Part shown: piece after piece, positions 26,403-36,300 of the stretch | How positions within the stretch are numbered: position 1 is the stretch's first letter | How the letters are laid out: each line of letters opens with the position of its first letter | Origin: a virus | Virus record (IMG/VR): IMGVR_UViG_3300018931_000001 | Span: 7,014-71,013 of that record | DNA length: 64,000 bases | Direction: 5' to 3' (one strand) | Notes under the pieces: model-generated | The model's database searches: none | Told to the model about the DNA's origin: nothing | Seen by the model: the letters and a program-made list of their open reading frames with translations, nothing else | Translations under genes and position numbers: made by a program

Positions 26403-27866
26403 ATGACAAGGGTTGTAGGTTACGCAAGAGTAAGCACAAAAGAGCAGGCAAACGACTCTAACGCCTTGCTTCAGCAAATCGATCGACTCAAAGCTGCTGG
26501 AGCAATTGAGATTTTTAGCGACGTGGAATCCGGGTGGAAGAAGAACACAAGACCGCAGCTTGAAGATTTGATGGCGCAAGTGCGATCGGGCAAAGTTACA
26601 GAAGTGATAGTAACTCGGCTAGACAGACTGAGCCGACAGGGCTTGAAAAGCTTTCAAATTTTTGAAGAATTTCTCAACGTGGGGGCGGTACTCAGAGCTT
26701 TAGACGAACCTTTTGACTTAACGACGGCGGCAGGGCGGGCGATGGCGGGACAGTTAATTGTGTTTGCCCAGTTCCACAGCGACCAAAAAGCGGAATCAGT
26801 TCGCGCTGGATGGGCGCACTTAAGAAACAAGAAGGTTGCGATGCAACCACCGTTTGGTTATCTTAAAGTTGATGACGCGCACATTTTAGACTGTCGCCCG
26901 TTTCTGTGCTTGCTAGATGATCGCCGAGAAATGTCAAAGTCGGAAATTGCCAGAGAAATTGTCGAAGCCTTTTTAAAACAACAAACTTTGCGGTTAGCGT
27001 TGCGCGAAATTAATGAGCGCTACGGGTTGAAAGTTTTTGCCCACAACAACACCGCTGGCAAAAAACTCGGGGGAAGAATCGCTCAGGACTTATTTCGTTT
27101 CTCGCCGGGAGGTCTGAAAAATTGGTTAACAAGTCCGGTTCTGCGCGGACACTTGGTTTACTTGCGAGGAACACCACGCGAGCAAATTTATCTAAATACG
27201 CATCTTGAGGCAAGACTAATCTCTGAAGAAGAAAGTCGGGAAATAGAACGCATTTTAAACTTCAACCGAAAAGTCCGGGGATTCGGAACTACTGCGCTTA
27301 AGTATCCCTGCTCTGGGTTGGTGTACTGCGCTCAATGCCGTGGGGCTTGCTATTCCATTTCGGGAGTAAACAACTACCACCGAGCAAAACGCTTAGGTAT
27401 CCCGATCGAACACAATCACTACTTTCAGTGTAACAACTGGCGATCACGAGCTTGCGAGAATAAAAAGACCATCAGAATGGAAATTGTTGAGAAATGTCTT
27501 GTTGTTAGTTTGATAACAAGGGCGCAGGCTATTGCCGACATTATGCAAACTGTTCCAGCTAAAGTTGAGTCTCCTCAAGTTAGAGCTTTGCGAGAACAAG
27601 TGCGGGCGCTGCGGGCGATCGGAGAAAACCCGGCAATTAACAGTGCAATTGTGGAAATAGAGAAGCAAATCTCGCAACTATTGCTAACAGAAGACAAAGA
27701 AATGATTGACAACGAATTTCAGCGCGAATTATTAATCTCTTGCTTTTCTCACCCAGAATTGTGGTTAGAAGCAGACATTGCAGATCGACAAAGAGTTTAC
27801 CGAGAACTAACAGACAAAATCTTAATATCAGACGGGGAAGTAGTGGACGTGGTATTAAAGATTTGA
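26403..27866 (+). CDS. Large serine recombinase/integrase (XisF-like architecture)
   Basis: GYARVSTKEQ (catalytic Ser), RPQLE, TRLDRLSR, PPFGY, Zn ribbon CAQC...YFQCNNW..RAC, coiled coil. Confidence 0.95.
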   Translation: MTRVVGYARVSTKEQANDSNALLQQIDRLKAAGAIEIFSDVESGWKKNTRPQLEDLMAQVRSGKVTEVIVTRLDRLSRQGLKSFQIFEEFLNVGAVLRALDEPFDLTTAAGRAMAGQLIVFAQFHSDQKAESVRAGWAHLRNKKVAMQPPFGYLKVDDAHILDCRPFLCLLDDRREMSKSEIAREIVEAFLKQQTLRLALREINERYGLKVFAHNNTAGKKLGGRIAQDLFRFSPGGLKNWLTSPVLRGHLVYLRGTPREQIYLNTHLEARLISEEESREIERILNFNRKVRGFGTTALKYPCSGLVYCAQCRGACYSISGVNNYHRAKRLGIPIEHNHYFQCNNWRSRACENKKTIRMEIVEKCLVVSLITRAQAIADIMQTVPAKVESPQVRALREQVRALRAIGENPAINSAIVEIEKQISQLLLTEDKEMIDNEFQRELLISCFSHPELWLEADIADRQRVYRELTDKILISDGEVVDVVLKI

Positions 27867-27946
27867 CTACTCCGATCGGACTTGATAGCTTGTCGCTCTA
27901 AATGCTGTACTACCATCCGTCGTAAAACTTGCTGTAATGTTTCCAT
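27797..27946 (-). CDS. 49-aa ORF convergent with and overlapping the recombinase 3' end; RDF candidate
   Basis: METLQQVLRRMVVQHLERQAIKSDRSSQIF...; has its own promoter. Confidence 0.55.
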   Translation of the reverse strand: METLQQVLRRMVVQHLERQAIKSDRSSQIFNTTSTTSPSDIKILSVSSR

Positions 27947-27985
27947 TGTATTTCTACTTAACTATTATTGTACTAATTCAATAGA

Positions 27986-28014
27986 ATAATAACTACAAAA
28001 TTGGCAAACGTCAA
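27986..28014 (-). promoter_or_regulatory. Leftward promoter, divergent from the repressor
   Basis: TTGACG (28014-28009), N17, TATTAT (27991-27986); rightward TATAAT at 28030. Confidence 0.65.
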
Positions 28015-28063
28015 GCACCGTTTTGCAAGTATAATGAATCAACCTGTCTTACCTTAATTTACA

Positions 28064-28966
28064 ATGGCAACAACTACTACTGGTCCCCGATCGGCTAGAG
28101 GCCCTCGCTCTACCAAACACAAAGATGCAGGCTCTCAATCACCTCTTTTGCCGGAACCCAAGACAAAAGAACAAGAAAGCTTTGTGAGACTAGCGATTTT
28201 ATTGAGACACTTGCGTCAAGCGAAGCAACTGACTGTGCAACAAAGAAAATTCTTGTTTGAGAATTTACCGAACTTGCCCGACGAACGAGAACTAGAGCCT
28301 TTAACGCAAGCTACTTTTACCGAAAAAATAGAAAAAGTCTTTGATGATGGAAAGACTTTGAGTTCCGGAGCCTTTCAGCGGTGGGAAGACGGAATAGGCT
28401 TGCCAGAACCGCTAAATCTACTGCGAATTGCGAAACTTGCAAGAATGTCAATGGATCAGTTATTTGCTTACCTCTACCCTGACGCGGATGTCTCAACACC
28501 AGATGTGTTTCCAGAAAAAGACACCTCAAAATTGTTGAAAAAAATAAAAGCACTCAAAGATCCAAATATTCTTGCAGAAATAATTATGGCTGCAAGCCAG
28601 ACCTGGAAAGGAATAATGGAAGAAAGTGTCAGTTGGTCAACTAAAAGCAACTCAAAAAACGAAGAAGAAGCACTAGGTATTAACCTCTCAAAATCTCAAC
28701 GTCAAAAGCTTGCATTACTTTTAAAAAAGAGCTTGGAGACAAGACCAAACGAAAGTCTCCCCGACTTAATGAGGGATCATATCTTGACAGCAAACCCTAA
28801 CACAAAGTACAGCAAGTCTTCACTTGAGTTGGTTGCGTCAGCTTGCTGTGAAATAAAGATATGGGATGAAGATGGACTTTTCTTGAAGCAAGATCGAACT
28901 TATGAGAACCGACTGGAACAACTACTTGCAGACTTAGAGAAAAGTCCTTTACTTCAAACTGTCTGA
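28064..28966 (+). CDS. XRE-type HTH repressor (CI-like)
   Basis: LTQATF...LSSGAFQRWEDGIGLPEPLNLLRIAKLARMSMDQLFAYL. Confidence 0.8.
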   Translation: MATTTTGPRSARGPRSTKHKDAGSQSPLLPEPKTKEQESFVRLAILLRHLRQAKQLTVQQRKFLFENLPNLPDERELEPLTQATFTEKIEKVFDDGKTLSSGAFQRWEDGIGLPEPLNLLRIAKLARMSMDQLFAYLYPDADVSTPDVFPEKDTSKLLKKIKALKDPNILAEIIMAASQTWKGIMEESVSWSTKSNSKNEEEALGINLSKSQRQKLALLLKKSLETRPNESLPDLMRDHILTANPNTKYSKSSLELVASACCEIKIWDEDGLFLKQDRTYENRLEQLLADLEKSPLLQTV

Positions 28967-29149
28967 CTTGTAGTTAACCCATGAGTCAATCGTCCTTTTT
29001 GCTTCTTCAAGTGCTTCACTCTCATTCTTTGATGTGCCACTTATTCCGATGTAATACTTTGAACACATGATTTCCCAGTTGTTCCCAGACACAAGCAGCA
29101 AATAATTCTGATAGCAAGACAGGTTGTCAACCTGAAAATGTGAAGACAT
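28949..29149 (-). CDS. Small hypothetical protein
   Basis: 66-aa ORF with ATG. Confidence 0.5.
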   Translation of the reverse strand: MSSHFQVDNLSCYQNYLLLVSGNNWEIMCSKYYIGISGTSKNESEALEEAKRTIDSWVNYKSDSLK

Positions 29150-29195
29150 GGCGGTTAAAAAATAGTTTATATTGCTTTCACAAAAGCAAAAATTA

Positions 29196-29214
29196 TGTCA
29201 ACAAAGTGTTGACA
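29196..29214. promoter_or_regulatory. Perfect inverted repeat TGTCAACA-AAG-TGTTGACA (operator or back-to-back -35 boxes)
   Basis: Read directly in the divergent intergenic region. Confidence 0.55.
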
Positions 29215-29433
29215 AAAGATCCGTAATAAGTTCCACTATAAATGAGGTGCATCTCTCAATTACAGCGGAACTCTTAACAAGGCGACACTCAAAGCTTAAA
29301 CCCTTTGAGCTTGTTAGTGCAAGAACTCTTAAAAGTTCTTCCACTGAACGGTTGAAGTGCACTCCATACACTGAAAAATGGAGAACAGGGAAAATGGCAG
29401 AGAACACTTACGGATACACGGCTACCAATCAAG

Positions 29434-30048
29434 ATGGCGATCGCGAAGAAGTCCCGGAAGGGAACGAACAAGGCGACAGTAAAGGCGGTTAGAAGAGGAT
29501 GTAAGCACATGGTAACGGCAGCTCCACTGGTCAAATCAACGGAAGATGGTAAAGTCATGGTTCGCCTATTAGCAAACCTAGGAAGGGAGCTAGCGCGAGA
29601 GCTGGCGGATGCAATGGCTAAATACCATCAAGCGTCTGGTTTGGGGCTTGCCGATCGCCAGAGATTGGCTGAAATTCACTATTTACGTTTAGAGCAACTG
29701 CGGCGGGTAGAAAAAATAATCACGCCCGCCGCAACCCTCAAACGTAATTATCTAGATAGTGATTTGAGCTGTCTTAAAATTGTGTGGAGTAACGAACAAG
29801 GGGGCAACAAGTCCAAGACTGTCCCCCCTTCTTTTGATTGCGAATTGTCTAAATGCTTATTGAGAGGAGACAGTTTAGCTCAAATTCTTTATACAGCAGA
29901 AACAGGAAAAAGAACGTTTTCTGCCGATCCGGAAACTCATAAAAAAGGAATGATCCCTCAATGGGTTCGCGAGTGGGAGGAAAAAAACTACAGCCTTAAA
30001 TTTATTCCCCCTGACTTTGCTGATTGGGTGAAGATAAAACTTGATTGA
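29434..30048 (+). CDS. Hypothetical early protein
   Basis: 204-aa ORF followed by a hairpin at about 30092-30123. Confidence 0.7.
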   Translation: MAIAKKSRKGTNKATVKAVRRGCKHMVTAAPLVKSTEDGKVMVRLLANLGRELARELADAMAKYHQASGLGLADRQRLAEIHYLRLEQLRRVEKIITPAATLKRNYLDSDLSCLKIVWSNEQGGNKSKTVPPSFDCELSKCLLRGDSLAQILYTAETGKRTFSADPETHKKGMIPQWVREWEEKNYSLKFIPPDFADWVKIKLD

Positions 30049-30203
30049 TATCTAAATAATCAAGTTGTAATATTGAAATACACTATAGAGAAGGGAAAAC
30101 TAAAGCTGCGCTTAGTCTTCCCTATATTTGTCTAATTTGTTTTTCGTGGTATTAGAAAAATATTGTATTATCATATAATACTTATACTTGAGATTTGGTA
30201 AGC

Positions 30204-30386
30204 ATGACCAGCAGTACACCCAAAAGAATGACTTGCAGTATCACTGACGAACTGCTAACTGACCTTGACGAAGCCTGCTGGCTGAGCCGCACAAACTGAT
30301 CAAAGTTTGTCAGCAAGGGCGTGGCGGCTTATCTCAAGAAATTTCACAAAGCGAGGGAGAAGCAGCTCGAAACAACAGAGGCATAA
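30204..30386 (+). pseudogene. CopG/RHH regulator interrupted by TGA at 30297-30299
   Basis: KRMTCSITDELLTDLDEACWLSRTN*SKFVSKGVAAYL; the stop sits at the usual Arg of the RS motif; upstream IR GTATTA-N5-TAATAC at 30165-30181. Confidence 0.8.
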
Positions 30387-30387
30387 A

Positions 30388-30690
30388 ATGTCTGACTATA
30401 CAGTAAGAGGTCAAGTATTGCAGGTTTCAAAAGATCGTGTCTTAATTCATCTAAGTGGAATGATGGATGATGTTCGGTCAGATTGGATTCCTGTGCCATC
30501 GACAATGCCTCAATGGGCAAAAAAAGAAAACAGCCCAGTGTTTAAGGCAATTGTTAATATCGATGAAATAACAGAATTAACGTTTGAATACTTGAGGCAA
30601 AATCCTAACTGTTTGAAAAGATTTTCCTGTCGCCCAATGCCAAAGAATCTTGACTGGCTTTTTGATGATAGTGAACAATGCTCAGAATAA
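30388..30690 (+). CDS. Hypothetical protein (MSDYTVRGQ...)
   Basis: ATG immediately after the RHH TAA. Confidence 0.7.
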   Translation: MSDYTVRGQVLQVSKDRVLIHLSGMMDDVRSDWIPVPSTMPQWAKKENSPVFKAIVNIDEITELTFEYLRQNPNCLKRFSCRPMPKNLDWLFDDSEQCSE

Positions 30691-31076
30691 TCCTGAAAGG
30701 CAAAGTAGTCCCAAAAGCCAGACCTCGCCTTAGCGGACGTAAACACGTTCACCTACCGCCAAAATACGCTGCATGGAAACAGGAAGCTGTCCTCAATCTA
30801 AGAGACGTGAGGTACGTCGCTTCCGGCAAAGTCAGTCTAGAAATAACCTTTGTCAATGCTCTGCGCGAGAATGCTGACTGCGACAACGCAGCAGGTGCAA
30901 TTATGGATGCGCTTGTGGAGAGCGGAGTGCTGGTTGGCGATAGTGTTGGGACAATCAGCAAACTGGTTGTGGAAAACTACAAAGAGAAAAAACCGAAGAT
31001 TGCGTCGCAAACCCTAATTGTAATCAACAACAATTATGAAGCAAATATTGACAAGATTAGAGAGTTTTTAAACTGA
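30678..31076 (+). CDS. rusA: RusA-family Holliday junction resolvase
   Basis: GKVVPKARPR...ADCDNAAGAIMDALVESGVLVGDS. Confidence 0.9.
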   Translation: MLRIILKGKVVPKARPRLSGRKHVHLPPKYAAWKQEAVLNLRDVRYVASGKVSLEITFVNALRENADCDNAAGAIMDALVESGVLVGDSVGTISKLVVENYKEKKPKIASQTLIVINNNYEANIDKIREFLN

Positions 31077-31246
31077 ACCAGTTGCTTGATTCAAGCAGTA
31101 TCCCTCTTCACTGTCCAGATAAACTGTTTTGGTTTCCAAAATAACTGTACAGATAAGACGACAAAGGCACCCAGACAAGCAAATTGGCGCAACTGATAGC
31201 TCACGCCCCATCGCCACACCGCCCTACCGCGACACATTTCGCAATC

Positions 31247-31549
31247 TTGCGAGTAGTAACAACTCTTGTGTAATAATAGAGTCAGCTCAGTTTACCAGCC
31301 TCGGCTGTAAATGGGCAAAAAAATATCGCTCATGCTTGGCGGCGAAGCGATACCTCAAAGGATTCTCAATTCTGTTCAGATGCAAACTTTTTAAAGTTTG
31401 AATATTATTTCACGAGTATAGCATCAACACCTGTGAAACGTCAAATTTGCAGGAAATATCGAAAAATCTGGTAGAGTTAAGGGATTGAGGATTGTGTAGC
31501 TGCCAAGCATGAGCGAGTTCATTAATGAACTTGGCAAGGAAAGCTCATG
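31247..31549 (+). promoter_or_regulatory. Structured 5' leader of the helicase-primase operon
   Basis: Two hairpins (about 31285-31316 and 31324-31352); 15-nt complement 31326-31340 / 31502-31516; pairing over the start codon. Confidence 0.55.
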
Positions 31550-33271
31550 TTTATTCAACCAGTTACTTATAATCTCAGGGATTATCAAGAAAACCTCATC
31601 CGCCAGATATTCGCCAGTTGGCAGACCAAACGCAGTGTCATGCTGCAATTACCGACTGGTGGCGGAAAAACAATCTTGTTCGCATACCTCGCCCGCGAAT
31701 TTGCCAAAAAAGGAATGGGGGTACTGGTACTGGCGCACCGGGAAGAACTGTTACTGCAAGCTCAGGAGAAGTTAGAGGCAGTTACTGGAGTTCCGGCGGG
31801 AATAATTAAGTCCGGCTACCCGGTGTATTCTTACGATCTCCAGGTTGCCTCTGTTCAGTCTTTAGTCCGACGCAAGAACAAACCCGACGCGGGGCTGGTG
31901 ATTGTAGACGAGGCTCACCACGCATCTTCTAAGACTTACACCACAATTCTTCAAGCCTACCCAGAAGCTTATGTTCTGGGCTGCACCGCCACACCGCACC
32001 GGATCGACGGTCAAGGGTTCAAGTGGTTGTTTGACGAGCTAATTTGCGGCCCGTCAACAGGAGAGTTAATCGAACGGAAATACCTCTCGCGTTACAAGCT
32101 ATTTCAGGGCGTGAAAGTGGTGGACACTTCAAAAACCAAAACCACCGCCGGAGATTTCAATAAGGCAGCACTAGCCCACGAAGTTGATTTACAAATTGAG
32201 CCGATCGACGTAGTGAACGAATGGCGCAAACGAGCCAACGGGTTGCGAACCGTTGTCTTTGCGGTGGACATCGCCCATTCTCGGCAGTATGCAGAAGCAT
32301 TTTTAGAGGCTGGCATCATTGCAGAACACTTGGACGGGGCGACGGGCAAAGAGGATCGCCGGGATATTTTGCATCGGTTTGGAAGCGGGGAAACGACGGT
32401 GCTATGCAATTGCGGAATTATTTCGGAGGGTTTTGATTTACCTGCGATCGAGTGCGTTCAAGTTGTACGCCCCACCAAGTCGCTATCAATGTGGCTTCAA
32501 ATAGTCGGGCGGGGGCTTAGACCTGCACCAGGGAAAGAACACGCCGTAATTATTGATCACACTACTAATTGGAAATTTTTAGGACTTCCAGATGAAGATC
32601 GGGAGTGGACACTTGAACCAATAAGCATTGACAGCAGTGCAAAACGTTTCTTGCACATTGTTTGCACGGATTGCAACCACGCTTTTAAACCCCTGCCCCA
32701 CGAAACAAAAGCGCTGAAATGCGAATGCCCGAATTGTCGATCCATTCATTGTTTTGAGATTGGAGAGGGAGGTATAGCATTAACTGTCAAAACTTTGGAT
32801 GCGAACACCAAAGAGGAAGAGATTGATTTAGATGTCGATCCAGATCTCAAAGTTTTAATTGATTACTATTATGAGCTTTGTTCTGTGCACGGTCAAAGGC
32901 TAGCTTCTGTCTATTTCAATTTTGAGGAGGAGTGTCTAGACATTTTGCACAAGGTGTCTATTGGTACGTGGAGGTATCTAGCTCAGAAACTAGGATACAA
33001 GAAGGGGTGGGCTTGGTACAAGTGGAAAAACGCACAAAATCAAAGCAATATCAACGAAAAAACTTTGAAATCAATGCCTGCACACATAAATCCCAACAAA
33101 GCGGAAGGTAGGCGCAAATACATTAACTGGATTAAGCGTACAGGGTTTGAGCAGATTGAAGAGATGAAGCTAGGTAAGACTACATTTACCGCATCAGAAC
33201 TGGGGATAGGAGATGATGATTTTCTTGAATTACTGAAACCATTAACGGAAGACGACTTTATTGATTGGTGA
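31547..33271 (+). CDS. SF2 DEAH helicase (RadD/YejH-like) with Zn finger
   Basis: LRDYQ, LPTGGGKT, DEAHH, TATP, EGFDLP, QIVGRGLR, CTDC..CPNC. Confidence 0.95.
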   Translation: MFIQPVTYNLRDYQENLIRQIFASWQTKRSVMLQLPTGGGKTILFAYLAREFAKKGMGVLVLAHREELLLQAQEKLEAVTGVPAGIIKSGYPVYSYDLQVASVQSLVRRKNKPDAGLVIVDEAHHASSKTYTTILQAYPEAYVLGCTATPHRIDGQGFKWLFDELICGPSTGELIERKYLSRYKLFQGVKVVDTSKTKTTAGDFNKAALAHEVDLQIEPIDVVNEWRKRANGLRTVVFAVDIAHSRQYAEAFLEAGIIAEHLDGATGKEDRRDILHRFGSGETTVLCNCGIISEGFDLPAIECVQVVRPTKSLSMWLQIVGRGLRPAPGKEHAVIIDHTTNWKFLGLPDEDREWTLEPISIDSSAKRFLHIVCTDCNHAFKPLPHETKALKCECPNCRSIHCFEIGEGGIALTVKTLDANTKEEEIDLDVDPDLKVLIDYYYELCSVHGQRLASVYFNFEEECLDILHKVSIGTWRYLAQKLGYKKGWAWYKWKNAQNQSNINEKTLKSMPAHINPNKAEGRRKYINWIKRTGFEQIEEMKLGKTTFTASELGIGDDDFLELLKPLTEDDFIDW

Positions 33272-33344
33272 GGACTAGCGCAAGCATCTAATAAAAAAAC
33301 AGACCCGCCATTAGCAAGCCTGAAGAATCAAAAGAATTTATTTT

Positions 33345-36300
33345 ATGTCTTCCAATTTTACACCTCTTAAAGGCAATTGTCCAGTTTGCGACGGAGAAGA
33401 AAGAGATTGCCGTCAAAGTAAAATTACTGGTCTTTATCATTGCCGCACAGACAACCCAAGTCCCAATTTCACTTATATAAAACACGACGCGATCAATTTC
33501 GGTATGTATGTCGAAACCGCGTTAAGGTCTGAACAGAATGCTGAAAAACTAGCAGAACATAGACGCCAACAAAAAATAAACGAGCGAATCAGACTCGATC
33601 GTGAAGCCAAAGAAAGAGCGCAATTTCTCTCAGCCGCCGATCGAGACAGAGAAATCCGCAAAATCCTAAACCAGCTAACCCTTACCTCAGAACACAGGGC
33701 TGAGCTACGTCATCGGGGTCTGTCAGACAAGCAGATTGACAATGGAATCTTTCGCAGCGTCGGGCGATACGAAAAGTTACAACACCCCGTCAGTATTAAC
33801 CTTGCCGGAGTCTCAGCGGATACCAACGGCCGATCGCTAGTTGGCAAAGAACCTGGTTATCTTTGCCCAGTCTGGAACGGCGACGGGTTAATAATCGGCT
33901 GGCAAATACGACTGGACAATGACAAAGATTGTAAATATAAGTGGCCCACAAGCCGATGGCCGAAGCGTCCCAATGGGCCCACGTCTCACCAACAGAACGG
34001 CGAGATGCCCGTCACTGTTTGCCGACCCGCAATATTAAACGGCGACATTGACGCAATCGGAATCGTCGAAGGAATCCTGAAACCCAAGATTGCAGCGGAG
34101 CTCAGCGGAAAAGTTTTCATCGGTGCCGCCGGGGGGAACTTTGCCAGCAGCGCCAAGAGTTTCAAGATTGAACTTGACAAACTTTCAGCAGAATTTGACA
34201 CAAAGATAGTCAGGCTTTACGCCGACGCGGGTTCCACGGCGAACCCGAACGTGATGAGGGAATATCGAAAAACCCACAAGCTCGTCACAGAATGGGGATA
34301 CGAACTGCGGGTAGCTTGGTGGGGACAAAAAGAAAAATCTGCTGGCGACATTGACGATATTTTAGCTGCCGGAGACACGGACAAAATAACAGACTTATTC
34401 TGGAAGGACTTTGAGGAGATCGCCAGCAACAAGGCTTACAGAATGTTGAGAATGCTGGATGGTCTTAAGCGCAAAGTCAAGAAAGCCGCATCACCTATTT
34501 TTGGCGCTTCAACACCAGTTCGCGAGATTGAGACAATCCCCTACTTTGCCGGGGAACGGATAGAGACTTGGCAGAAGGCGACAGCGAAACATAAATTCAT
34601 CGTTGACACCAGCGGCACCGGAACCGGGAAAAGTTTTGACAGCGGACTGTGCGAGCCGGAAAGGTTCAACGCCGATCGCATCATCTACATTTCCAAAGAC
34701 CACCGCAACGCCAGCACCCCATCACTCAAGAATTGGGAAGATTTAGAAGCGCGCCACAAGGGCTTGACGCTAGATAATCTGGGCAATTGGCGGCGGGCAA
34801 AGGCGGACGATCGGGTTGAAGTTGGCGCTAGCTGCGATCGTACAGAGTTCTCTGCCGTGATGCGCGAGAAGAACATCTCCGGCAGCGACACCGCAAATCT
34901 AATGTGTCCAACCTGCCCGTCATTTGAGGGTTGCAGGGCCGGTGAGAAATTTGGGTTCTTGAAAGCCAGGACTGAAACACTGAAAAATACCCGATTCCGA
35001 TCGCACCCTGACTCTCTGCCAGGAACACAAACTTTCGGCTACGCCCCAGATGAAGAAGGAAAAGGTAAGGGCAAAGGAACAGTTTTAATCTGGGAAGAGT
35101 GGAGCGAGTGCCTGAGTTACAGCAAGGAAATCCAAATAAAGCAAGATGATATTGAGCACATTACTGCTGAATTGTTCTCAGCAGACAAGGACGCTTTTGG
35201 GTTGAACGAATGGATAGTCAGACTTTGGGAATTCAGCGCGGGCAAACATCCGATAGACCGCTGGGGAATGCCACACGATCAGGTATTAGAAATCCTGCTC
35301 CCCCTTGTCAAGGGGGAGACCGATATTGATGCGATCTCCCAAGCGACAAACCCCAACGAAAAAATCCAGTCAATATTGCACGGACTGGACGACCACGGCG
35401 TGTCACTTCAAGATTTGCCCGCGCACCTGCGGAAAAGTTTTGCGGAATCAGATGAACAGTTAGCAGAAAAAGCCCAGAGGATTGCCAAACAGTGGGTAGT
35501 GCCATTTTTGGAAGTGTTACTCGGACGTCGACCCGGACATGTCAGTCTCGACAACCGGGGAACCTTCACTTTGACGATCGCCAACCGCCGACTGATTGAA
35601 ATTGCCCACGCCGCTAAGTCCAATATTTTCCTCGATGCCACGGGCGACATTGACAAGTTTTGCAGGATTCTAGGAATTGACGCTGAGGACGTGTTCTGCA
35701 CCGCGCAAGTACCAACTCACAAGAGTGCGAAGTTAACTATCAAACAAGTAATTGACCACGGGCGGCTGGGGATTTCGCGGGGTGCGGAACAGGTGCGGGC
35801 GATCGACGCGATGGTTGCAGCTATTCGGGAGAAAGACTCAGAGGCTGCGGTTATTGACTTTAAGAAGTTTACCAGTGCCGAGCCAGGGCTTAATCTGAAG
35901 TGGCTGAGCGAGTCGCGGGGGTCGAATTTGGCTCAGAACGCGAAAACTTTAGTGCTAGTGGGGGCCCCTTGCCGCCCGATCGCTACGCTGGCGGCTGAGT
36001 TTACTTTGCTCTACGGGCGATCACCAAACATCGAAACCGAAGAGGTGACGAGGGAAGTTCGCCAAATTCGGAACGTTGTGAGACAGGAGGCGACGGTCAC
36101 GTCGAGGGAATCCGCCGATCAACAATTCCGGGACTACATATACAGGGATGTGCTAGCAGCAATTTCCCAAGGAATCGGTCGGCTGCGGGCGAACCGCCGG
36201 GAAGGAGAGGAGCTGACCATCTACTTTATTAGCAACTTTGTTTTGGACTTGCCAGTAGAGGTAGTTCCAGCCCTTGAAATCACGCTGGAGGCAGCTACAC

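Noticed and set aside
4249-30299. UGA recoding (Trp or Sec) suggested by three in-frame TGA codons
   Set aside because: The expected residues differ (Trp at 4249, Arg at 30297), and many intact genes (lysozyme, recombinase, repressor, helicase) end in TGA. Point mutations explain all three.
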